Assembly: GCF_009914755.1 (NCBI RefSeq)
Contig: NC_060930.1
Source: the human T2T-CHM13v2.0 reference genome, Homo sapiens
Direction: 5' to 3' (one strand)
Length of the DNA stretch: 64,000 bases
Both the position numbers and the translations under genes were made by a program. The first letter of the stretch is position 1, and each line of letters begins with the position of its first letter. Below, piece after piece: positions 29,735-41,882 of the stretch. A model generated the notes under the pieces. That model was not told the DNA's origin, made no database searches, and saw only the letters and a list, made by a program, of their open reading frames with translations.

Positions 29735-29920
29735 GCAGGAATATAGATATTCCACACCCAGCCCCATTCCTGTGCCCACAACAGATATCACTCATCAATC
29801 CTAGTACTCTGCCCTGAGAAGGCCCAGTGAAACCTCAGTTATTCACAGCATTGCTCTTGGCAGCCACTATCCATTTATCCAAACTGGCATGAGAGATGAA
29901 ACCTATTTATCAACCCTACT
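29735..29920. mobile_element. MER117-like hAT MITE
   Basis: ggcagccactatcca...tggcatgagagatgaaacctatttatcaaccct. Confidence 0.6.
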
Positions 29921-30709
29921 CTAGCAGATAAAACAAAACAAAACACAACTCTGTTTCCAGGAATTTAGATTTAAGGATCTTCTTTCATTCAGCTTTTCCT
30001 CTAACAAGCATTTCAGTTTCTCCATTTATAAAAAATTCTATTTACTTCTAGGGAATATTATGCCCACTAATAAAATGGTAGATGTGAGCACAGGTGTCTT
30101 ACTTAGAGAAAAAGGATGATGCTTTAAGTAAGCTCTATAGTTCAGTTGTCCTTACAAGATCAGATACATACGGAAGGCCTATGGATTGGAACTTTCCCTC
30201 CATCCAAAACAATAAAAAATAAATTGTATCAAAAATTATCTTTTTTGGACAGCAAAATGTATGATTCTGTTATTCTAACTAATGGCTAAAACAATAAATA
30301 CATTTTAAAATAATTCTTATCATCTTGATATTAAAGTCTAAGGCCTCATACTCAAAAGGAAGGTGTCTAGGACTCTAATACTAGGAGATGAAACTACGGA
30401 ATAAATGAACCAAATTTTCTTAAAATCTGTGTGTAGATAGATCCATTGCCTGGATAGTTACATTTGCTTCCCAACAAGTCTTTTAGGTCTTATTCACATT
30501 CAGTTTTGGTGGTTACAGAACGAAATTAATCAAATGAAATCTACGTAGGTTGAAAATGAAATGTCACCTTCAGATTATTTTTCTCTTCATATAATATACA
30601 CATTTCAAAGTTAGGTATTTTCAAACTCATTTTTTTCTCACTGATAATAAGAGACAAAGGGGCCAAAATTGCTCCTGGCTTCATGCCAAAGTATTCTTTT
30701 TTCTGCATT

Positions 30710-30756
30710 GTGGTTGGTTGGTTTGTTGTTTGTTTGTTTGTTTGTTTGTTTGTTTT
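30710..30756. repeat. (TTGG/TTTG)n microsatellite
   Basis: Read directly. Confidence 0.9.
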
Positions 30757-32385
30757 TGCCTAAGATAATTTACACTGCTCTTCCATCCCTCCACATCCCC
30801 TGGCATCTAGAAAAACGCTCTCTTTGAATTGTATATAAGGCAGAATTTGTGTGAAGCTCTTCAGGTTTCCAGATGCAGAGATGCACTGTGTTCTCTCAGT
30901 GGATGGGGTTTCTGGTACCCCATCCTGGGACTCCAACCTGAGACCCCATCCTGAGACTCCATACCTGGGAGGTCTCAGCAGCTGCAGGACAGGGAGGCTG
31001 CTCCACCTGCCAGAAAGTGACAACAAAGGCTCATGTTCCGGCATCCTCCCCATAGCCACCAGGTAGTGACTGCCGTGGTGTGCCCTGCTCATAGCTGAGG
31101 TGGTTGGCTCTGCTCTTCTCACCACTCATGCATCTTCTTCCTCCTCTCCTACCAACTACCTCCATGTGTCTATCTCCTTTCTCCTTTGGCTCCTTTCTGC
31201 TCACTTCCTTTTCTCTGTGCTTCTTTGCCCCTGCACTATGCTATTGTATGTCTTCTCCATATGTCTCTCACATTCTAACTCCTCAAGAAAGAGCCTGCTT
31301 GGTCACCCAGTTGCCCATGAGTATCAGGCAGGGCACACTTGGGGAGCAGTCCGTTTCTTCATTGACGCGCTTTGTGTCAGTTGCCTGTCCTCACTCCTCT
31401 TAGATGTTTCTTTGCCTCATGTGTAGATTCAGTGGGTGCTCTGAGGACTTCTTCCATAGCCTGTCCAATACAAGATTGATTTCTTAGGTTATTTCGTGGG
31501 CTTTAAAGTGACATGGGATTTAGCATGATAGAGGAAGATGCTCCGTTGGCTTGTTTTATTATCAGTCGTAGATTACATAAGGGAGTTTCAGAAATCATAG
31601 GAGGAAGTAAGTGTGATAGTTTGAAGACAACATTGAAAAATGTACTAGATTACAATTTTCCTGGTCACATAAACCTCCTAAATAAATGCAATTGAAATTG
31701 GGAAGATGTAGCACTGGGTTTATTTAAAACCATTACATAAAATGAATCCTTGATTATATAAGGCTACACTGGAGAATATAGTTTCATTGCTGAAAATAAC
31801 TTGTGGGTTTTAGTTAATTTGACTTGTTGAAAGTATACACATTTTCTTACTGGAAATGCTATATATCTTGACACGGTAGTGGTTACTAGGGTATATAAAA
31901 ATGTAAAACCATTGAACTGTGCACTTAAGATTAGTGTACGTGATGTATTTTATTTTATGTTTGCTATCTTTCAATTTAGAAAGATATGGTTTGATTTATT
32001 TCTTACTTTCTATTCTTATCTTGACCAAATCTTCTCCAGTTTGAGGCTGTTAGCCCAAATACATCCCACACTGTGTTGTTTTTTGCCTTTTTATTCTACC
32101 CCACACGGATCACCCTTTCTGAAGCAGCTCTGGTCTGGGCCTGTCTTCATCAGGTACCGTTGTTTACATAACTCGGTGTTCTGCCTCTGACTGCCTACTT
32201 AGTAGTAGACTTTCTGAAGGCAGGCACCATACTCGGTTTCCTTTATGTCTCCGTGGCAGCCGACACAGGGCTCAGCTCGTGGTAAGATTTCATTAAGGAT
32301 GTCAAAGAGATTCATGGTCCTTTGTTTTTTCTGAAAGAAGAAGTTGATCTACAGGGTGCCTGGGGAAGAGACAAGCAAGAGCTAC

Positions 32386-32752
32386 TTTTTTTTTTTTATG
32401 AGGCAAATGCACATAACGTAAAATTAACCATTTTAAACTGTGCAATTCAATAGCATTTTGTCCATTCACAGTGTTGTGCAGACACCATCTCTATCTAGTC
32501 CCAAAATGTTTTCATTACCCCAAAAGAAAACCATGTGGCCACTTAGCAGTCACTGCCTGTTGTCCCTCACCCCAGTCCTAGCAACAACCACTCCCCTTTC
32601 TGTCTCTGCAGATTACTTATTCTGGACATTTTATATAAATGGAATCATACAGTATGTGACTTTTGTGTCTGGCTTCTCTCACTTAGCATAATGTTTCCTA
32701 AGTTCATCCACATTGTAGCATGTTCTCAGTGCTTCATTTCTTTTTGTGGCTA
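32386..32752 (-). mobile_element. L1MB-type 3' end fragment
   Basis: aaaattaaccattttaaa..gtgcaattca...ttctggacattttatataaatggaatcatacagtatgtg..ttttgtgtctggcttct.tcacttagcataatgttt. Confidence 0.85.
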
Positions 32753-34215
32753 AAGTGCTAACATTTTTTAAACACGAACAAAGCACCAAGTTTGATATTT
32801 TAAGTGTGTCATCACGTGGAGTCCTTGTAATAGCACTAAGATAAAGGAATTATTAACCCTATGTTGCTGATCTGAAAACTAAGGTTAAAAGAAGCGAAGT
32901 GTCTAGCCTAAGTTTATAAAGCAAATAAACCACCCAACAAGGCCTAGGATCCAAATTCCTGACCCCAAGCCCAGTGTTTCTGCACTACACTGAATTGTCT
33001 CTCAGAAAGCTCGTGAACGCCCCTAGCTTATTCAGCCCTGCTGTCTGTAGGCTGCTTACTTCCCATCGTCATGCCTTTCTCCATTCTCTGCTGATACGTT
33101 AGTGATTCGAGCACAACATTTCAGAGTAGGCCAAACAGACCCTTGCTCGTGGTTTCCTGTGTTTGAAATCGCATGATTGTTAGGACTCAAAAGAGAGACT
33201 TATTACAGAAATTCCCGTTGCACTTCAGCGGTGTGTAATTGGACTTTCATCAAATTGAAGCCCATAAGCAATTTTCTTTCATGGCCTGGCAATCCTCAGA
33301 GAAGAAGACCTCTTCAGCTGTGTTTAAACCATTGAGGAGAGGGAGTACCTTGAATATGCATGAGCATGACCGAGGCAGCAACAGCAGAGGTGGATTTTAA
33401 TAATTAATTCATTAGGCCAATTTATTTCTCTAATTGGTTGTGAAGCTTTGTCAACTAGGAGATAGTAAAAACAATTAAAAATTCAAATTATTTTTTATAA
33501 CCTGGTGGATCTTAGGTATTAAGGATGCACAGAGAGAGAAAAAAACAGACAGGAAGCCCCAATCATCTCTTCAATAAGTGTTTAAATATTTACAAATTGC
33601 ACTTCACTGAAACTCATTTTTATTTTTATAAATGTGTGTTGTCTAAATGTGTGCTAGGATATTGGTTTCACACACAAGTTCTGAGAGCCCTTTTAGAGTT
33701 GAAGGGCCTTATACTTAACCTTAGCTTCATGAACCAGCTTCAGGGGGGTCTATGAACACCTTGAAATTATCTGGAAAACTTCACATATGTGTGCAGTTTT
33801 CTAGGCTGAGCGGGCAGAGCTTTTGCCAGATTCTCATGGTTTAGGAACCACTACTCTACTGCATTCTTTCCAATTATCTGAGTCATCAGCAGACCACAGT
33901 CTAACAGTTTAGAGACACCAAGTCCCTCTGCCATTAGAGAAGTTTGCATCCAGAGTGTGAGTGTGCTCCTGCCATCCCAAACCACTAATGACCAACCAGC
34001 CCCTTAGCAAAGGCTCAGAGCCCTTCCTGTGATAATAGCCTTGGAAAAGCCACTCTGTAGTTTCCGCCTGTCCCTCTCTTACTAGTAAACTAAACTGTAC
34101 AATCAGGCCAGAGACTGCATCAAAAACTAAGAGCAGCTAGATGAAGGCCAACACTAGGCGCAAGTCACCACTGGAACTAGTGCTCTAGAGGTTCAGAAGA
34201 AGAAAATTATCAGAG

Positions 34216-34378
34216 CCTTGCCACTCCGAGTGTGGCCCACAGGCCAGCAGCATCAGCATCCTTGCGGAGCTTGCTAGGAACACAGGATCTCAGGCCCTCA
34301 CCCCAGACCTACTGAATCAGAATCTGCATTTTGACAAGCTGCACAGGGGATTCCTAAACACCTTAGTTTAAGAAGCAT
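34216..34378. mobile_element. MER5B/MER5A MITE (opposite orientation to the 15.4-kb copy)
   Basis: ccagcagcatcagcatc...tctcaggccc.caccccagacctactgaatcagaatctgcattttgacaag. Confidence 0.85.
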
Positions 34379-37300
34379 CAGTTCAGTGGATGCCCAGTTC
34401 TGAGCACCGCTGTTCATTCTCAGTCCAGCTCCTTCTGTTCCATTTCCCCTGTGAAGACACATCCCTCCTTTAACTTTACCCTGGTTTTAGCTCCTGGGTG
34501 TCAGGTGGAATTTCTGTTCTCTCATGTCCCCTAAGGAAGCAGCAATTTCTAGTGCATGTTTCCTGTTTGGCCCCATGATCTGACCTCCAGCCCATTTCTG
34601 GAGTACAAACTCCTCTTGCTGCCCTGTGTTGATAGTGTTGTGATGAAAGAGGAAGGAATCCAAAGATCAGGGTTCTCCAGTCACCTTCCTCATGAGCCAT
34701 ACAGTCATGAGCCAGTTACCGCCTACTGTGCCTCAATGTCCCGATCTTCATTAGCTTGTGGCAAGAAGTAAACAAAGACATTTATGAAAAGTGCTGTGTG
34801 CCTGGCACAGAATAGACGCTCCAAAAATGTCTCTTTGCTGTTTTAGTCATTTGGCAAAGGCCACAGATACTCTCTGGAAAGCGCACTGAATTGGGAGCTA
34901 GCCAGTCTGCTCTTCTTGCACCTGATCAGGTTTTGCCTAGTTTTGTGTGAACTTGAGTAAGTCCCTTGCCCCGCAGTTTCCCAACCTGTAAAATAAGGCT
35001 TTGACCACAGGACTTGCTAAGATTCTGTATTATACCTCTGCCATATTATATATTGCCTCCTAGAGAAAGCCATCACCCACCAAATGTTCTACAAATGGAA
35101 GAAAAAAAACAAAAAAAGCTATACTCGATACAGTTAGTCTAACACTTGAAGGGTATCCCTTGAGACAATATGTTTTAATTGTTCCACTTCCATGGACATT
35201 AATCCCCCACCATTAGTGATTCTGAGTTGCTGGGGGAGGCTGCTTTATGCAACCAAGAGCCCAAATCCTTGGTGCTTTGTGAGAGATCCTCCATTAAGTC
35301 TGTCTCAAAACACAACATGCTTCAAGTGAGTTGAGCACAGTTGCAAATTCCTCTGTGACAAAATGAAGACTAATTTTGAGCTTCAGTACTTTGTGTTTAT
35401 CCATCATGGTGCCAACTGTCATTGTAATGATACAGTCTCCCATGCAGACAATTAAAAATCATGCTCAAAGAATCTGTTCTAATTGCTTTGCTTTGAGTTA
35501 CAGTTCAATGTAGAAACACCCCCATGCCATAAGGAGGGCCACCACACTGTTTGCAGTTTTGGAAAAAATTTTAACAACCTGTAGATAACTGCTTTTTCAC
35601 ATTAAAACATCTCAAGAGGCCTCTTAAAACTGAAGCAATGCAAATGGTTGTTTTGTTTTGATAGTGCCTGTATTTCTTTTCCCTGTATTTCTAGACGCTG
35701 AAACTGCCCCTCCCCAGTATCAAATTTGCTTCCCAAGATTCCTATCTCTGTTGAGAACCTCATACTCTGGAATTTTCTCTACTTGCATTTCCCTACACCA
35801 AACTTACCTGTTTTGATCATTCCCTCTGAAGCCAGATCACTGCTACTAAACAGCAAAGGTGACAAATTAATCTGTTTCCGTGTACTCAGTGGTTGCTAAT
35901 GAAGCTTACTCTTACTTTGTCCTTTAGAAATGGGAAAGGAAGAAAATAATCATCCTCCCCTTTTTATTGAGTGTGAGTTGGCAGGGTGTGATGCTACTTA
36001 ACTCCTTCACCTTCTCCCAAATTAAGTCACATTTGTGAAACTACAGCTCACATCCAAAACGGGGAAAATACAGTTCTCTGGAAAAAGCGGTAAAGGGTGG
36101 ATCTGTTTCCTTGTCTTCAGTTATTTTCTTCTTCTCTCTGTATAAACCCTTTGTCCTTTTCCCCAGTCTAGCTTGCTTTTGTTACTTAACTGAACACCAA
36201 ATAGTAGGTAGTACCTTTCCACAAGAAACTGAAGGTTTTCATGAAAAAAAGTCCTTTTTCTTCTCCTGGTGTGTGTCCATCTTCTAGGGGAACAAGGCAG
36301 GTTGCTGTGGGTTTATGCTCCGTTTCCAAGTGAAAGAATCAATATTTCCTGGGCATATACTCAGCTTCCAAAGAGAAGGATCCCTCCAATATGGGCAAGG
36401 CAAGAGAAAGTTAACTCACTACACCTCTTCACCCCTGCAGGTGGATCATATTGGAGAAGCAAACAACAGTTGCACAATATTACCAGATTCTGGAACTGTC
36501 CACCAATGCTACCTTAAATGGCTCTGGATTGGAACTGCATAAAAGGCTCTTAATTTAGAGATTCATGAACATTGGCATTAACGTAAAGAAGCTGTTAATG
36601 TATCGCCTTAATGTACTTGATGATACCTGATATATGCAAAAGAGATGTGAACCACTTACCCTCTTGTGGGAAGCCCCATGCTTTTTGAGTTTCAAAGAAT
36701 GATGTCATCTCTTAAACATTTTATCCGTCTCTTAATCTGAAGTTCTCTCTAAGGTAAATTCAGTTATTCCCCTTAGTCTTTTAGTCTTATGTAATTAAAC
36801 TCTGTGGGTGTGTATCTAGGGTTTCATGTCAGGGAGAGATAAAGTCTGATTAGGTTTGCTCCCTAGGGGAAGAATCATTACTCTGAGACATGTTAATCTT
36901 TGTTCTTCAGGGCCCTGCATTGCACTGCATTGTGGTTGGGAGACATTTGTCAGTGTGTCACTGTCCACTGAAATCACAGCTTATACCTTTCTTCTATTCT
37001 CCCAACTTTAGGGTATCATACAGTTTTTCAGAAGCAATAAATCTTGTTTTTGTCTATAAAAATGGCAATAGGCACAGCCTGGAAGACAGGCTTTGATTTT
37101 TGTTGCCTTTGTTTTAAAAATCTTCCCTATCCCAGTAACAAGCTAGAGGGGGTCAGAAAGATGTGTTGACAAGTGTCAAAAGAATTCAGGAGTCCCATTT
37201 TGAGGAAGATGACCAAATTATCAGGACAATATTTAGATTACAGAAGGATGTGCAGTAGAATTATGGCTTGTCTTTGCTGTGAGCATCCACACGGGGTCTA

Positions 37301-37809
37301 GCCACAAAGAAAGGAAAAAAACACTTTGCCAACCGGGAAGGACACTCGTAATTTTTACTACAGAAGGGAGAGGAAGAAGACACAGGGTTGTGTGTGTGGG
37401 GGTGCGTGTGTGTGCCTGCCTCTGTGTGAATCTATTGAATATATGTGCATGCATGTAACGGCAGGATTTTTATGGTGGTAATATGGCTTCTTTGATTGTC
37501 GGGAAGATAGGATTAGGATCATACTTGTGAAGTTGCCTAAAGATGTTGATCATTTATAAACCTTGGCTGCCTTTTCTTATTTTTAGTGAATTTGGGGAGA
37601 GTGGACTTTTTTTCAAAGGGGACTTTAACCAAGGAAAGTGATAGAAGGTCAAATTATGAAGCAGGTGAAATTTATCATCACATCGTATGTATCCCTTTTC
37701 TGGTAACTTTTACTCCTCTCTGTACCTTTTCCAGACCCTTCTACCCATCAAAACCAAGGAAAGTTATAAACATATTCGTAGCAATAATAAATGGCTTGGG
37801 AAACCATAA

Positions 37810-38000
37810 GTTAAAGTGGTTGAGAGTCAGATCTGAGATTGAAACCGGGCTCTGCCATATACTGTGGGACCTTGGACGAGTTTATCTTTCTGATCCTCAG
37901 TTTTTTAAACAGGAAAGTGGAAATAATGAGATCATCTTAGTGCTCTTGCTACAGTTGAGTGAGTTAATGCATCTGAAACACTGAGCACAGTAGCTGGGAT
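37810..38000 (+). mobile_element. MIR
   Basis: gagtcagatctgag..tgaaaccgggctctgcc...gaccttgg...tttctgatcctcagtttt...gagttaatgca...cactgagcacag. Confidence 0.7.
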
Positions 38001-38170
38001 GGAGTAACTGCTTATATAAATGATAGTGTTTATTACTGATACAGCCTCCTGAAGTGAGAGAAAAGAGCTCAAATCTTTGGACCTTTTCAAACAGTAAGGT
38101 GGAAGATGTGGGTTATATTTTTCAGGAAAGATGGGTACTGAAATCATTCTACCCTCTATTAGTAAGGTAA

Positions 38171-38523
<353 letters not shown>

Positions 38524-38553
38524 TTAAATTGTAATTTTTAGGGGAGCCAGGTG

Positions 38554-38990
38554 TGTATCAGTTAGTGTTTGCTACGTAACAAACCTACCCAGAAGTTAGC
38601 CTAAAACAATGTTTATTATTTCTCAGGAATCTGTGACTTGGCTGGGTGGTTCTTCCAGTCTAGGACAGTCCTTTTTGGGCTTGATGGTCAAGGATGGCCT
38701 CACTCACGTGTCTGGGGACTCTGCTGGGTCAGCTGAGATGTCTGGGCTAGCTTTGGCCTGTATCCAGGTAGTATTTCATCTTCCAGGAGGCCAACCCAGA
38801 CTTGTTCATATGATGGCAAAAGAGTTCTAGCAGCTACAGAGGGCAAACTCCAGTAGGCAAGTACATTTCAAGTCTTGGTTTGCTAATCAGCCAAAGTCAG
38901 TCACATGACCAACCCAGATGCAAGGAGTGGGAAGTAGATTTCACGTGATGGAAGTTGCTGCAAAGAATTTGTGGTCACTCAGATTCTACA
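38554..38990 (-). mobile_element. MaLR solo LTR (MLT1H/I/J-like)
   Basis: tgtatcagttag..tttgct.cgtaacaaac...gatggcctcactcac.tgtctgg...gtcacatgaccaacccaga..caaggagtgggaa. Confidence 0.75.
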
Positions 38991-39879
38991 GTATGAGGAG
39001 TTTATATTGGCCAGTCTTCCTCATGTTCATACACAGCTATGAAAAGAATTCTTTAGTATATTTTCTAATGAGTTGACAGCTTTGTTCCAATAAAAAAATC
39101 AAAACCTTTAGGAAAAAGTACATCACTTCTTAGAATACAGAGTCATCATCTGCATCTGATTCTTGGCCTCTCACCCATACCAACATAGGTATAAAATTTC
39201 CAAGGTAATTGTAGCCCAAACAGATTGGTCCAGAACTCTCCATACAAGTCAGCTTCCTTTTTACTGTTTGGAAATCTGTTGGAAAGTACAGCAGTTCTGT
39301 ATTTCCATGTTTATTCAAGAAAATGCAGGCATAGGACATGCCAGAAATGTCTTTGCAGGAGATATGAGCTGGAAATAAAGCGCAGAGTTTGGAAAACATT
39401 TGAAGCAAACAAAACAACACTACAACTGCACCTTTTGCAACTTCTCAGTCAAAGCATTGACTTATGGTGACTTGAAAACCATGAACACTGGGCATTCCAC
39501 CGCCAAAACCTCGGCATCTTCCAACTGATTAGTGTGTCTCATCTGCCACTCTATTTCCATACCATAATGCTTTTCTTTTGTTGAATTTTGCGGATTTTTG
39601 TAGGTCTTTTGGGGCTTCTCGTTTAATATCCCAGAGTGACAATGAGATAATGGGCATTATGTAATTTTGAAAGGAAAATTCTCTGCAATTACAATGTATT
39701 GCTTTATTTTCTGCAAGCAAAATATTTCATGGAGTTACTCGGTTTGCTCTTTTGTTCCACAGTAGCTCTTGTGGTGAACACTAGAGCAGCTCAAACAGGT
39801 GGTCTGAGTCTCTCATATATTTCAACCACACAGGATGTTTATTTGATATAGGTGATAACATCACACTTCACGCAGTAAG

Positions 39880-40080
39880 GTAGGAGTTAGGAAAAGCCGG
39901 GGGTTCTTCTCAATGCACCTCTTATTAGTTGTGAATTTGGGCAATAAAAACAACTTCACTGTGTCTCGATTTTTTCTGCCATAAAATGGAAATATGAATT
40001 CTTGTCTATCCCAAGAAGTGTTGTTCTGATGACCAAATGAAATTGTGTTTGGGAAAGTGATTTGTAATTTTAAAAATCTG
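39880..40080 (+). mobile_element. MIR-like fragment
   Basis: tattagttgtgaatttgggcaa...cttcactgtgtctcgattt...taaaatgga...gatgaccaaatgaaat. Confidence 0.55.
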
Positions 40081-40570
40081 TATAGAGATGATATTATTAT
40101 TATTTTTAGCCTCAAAAAGGCCATGTCCAGAATCATTCAAAGCAGTGAGGGACGCAGCTCTGTTTTACTGATTTGAGTTTAGGATGAGTAATTACTCTAA
40201 CATCAAATGCGAGCAGAAAGCCACTTCTATAGGTCAGGTATCCTCGATTCCAGTTCAGTAACCATCCTCATTCTAGCTTATTCTTGGGATTATCAAGGTA
40301 CCAGAACTTACAGTTATTTAGAGACTAGTCACACCAAGCATGTATTACTTCCTTTCTGCTGCTGCCTAAATACGTAGCAACTCATTTCCTAGGAAACAAC
40401 TCTACACCCTAGCAGCACTTGATTCAAGCATGGGAGAGAAAGTAAAAACTGAGAACTTAACGATTTGGAGGAATGGGATGGGGGTGATTATTGCATACAA
40501 GTGTAAGTCATTTATTACCTCCCTAACCTCTTCTGCATAAATATTGAGTATTCACTCATCAGTAAACAAG

Positions 40571-40880
40571 TTTTTTTGTTGTTGTTTTGTTTTGTTTTTT
40601 GAGATAGAGTCTCGCTCTGTTGCCAAGGCTGGAGTGCGGTGGTGGGATCTCGGTTCACTGCACCCCCTGCCTCCAGGTTCAAGTGATTCTTCTGCCTCAG
40701 CCTCCCAAGGAGCTGGGACTACAGGCGCATGCCACCACGTCTGGCTAATTTTTTGTATTTTTAGTAGAGACAGGGTTTCACCATGTTAACCAGGATGGTC
40801 TCAATCTCCTGACTTCATGATTCGCCCGCCTCAGCCTCCCAAAATGCTAGGATTACAGGTGTGAGCCACCTCACCTAGCC
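40571..40880 (-). mobile_element. Alu (AluSc-like)
   Basis: gagtctcgctctgttgccaaggctgg...ccaggatggtctcaatctcctgacttcatgatt. Confidence 0.94.
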
Positions 40881-41580
40881 AACTAGTGTTTCTAATGGTC
40901 TAAGTACAATGAAAACTTGTTTCAGAGCAAAGAGATGCTTTATATAACATCCCTCTCCTCCTGCTCTCCTCTCTTCTCGCTTTCTCCTCTCATCCTCTCT
41001 TATCTTGGAGTGCCTTGTATACTTTGAGTGTCTTTACATAAGGGTTACTCAACCAGGAGATTTACAAATGCACAGGTTCTACTTTGGGAAGAGAAAACAG
41101 AAATTAATTGGAAATCAAAGCATGAGACATTTAATTTAAAACTTGAATTTGTTATTGCTTCAAACTTAACATATTCAAGTGTACCTCTTCTGATTGAGAA
41201 AAGAAGCTGAGTTGCTAAGATATGAGAACTGTTTATATAAACTCTTTATTAACAAAAAATCATCATTACCATCACCAAAACCGAGCCCTCCAGGAAAGGA
41301 AAAAATAGACAAAAAGAAACCTGCCCTATGTGCTGTTGAGAAATGAGAACAATGCCTTTACTTTTGTTTGACACTTTCACCTTTTCAAACTACTTCCAAA
41401 TATTTTCTTACTGAAAAACCTGGTATGGAGATCTAAGATTTTCAGGAAGGACCTTTAGTTTACTTGTATTTGTGTAGGCTAGACACAAAATCTTTCTGAG
41501 ACCTACCAATGTGGTTATTCAATGTATTTGTGTCTTCAATACTCAAATATAAAGAAGAAGTGCATGAGAAGCTGACCACT

Positions 41581-41882
<302 letters not shown>

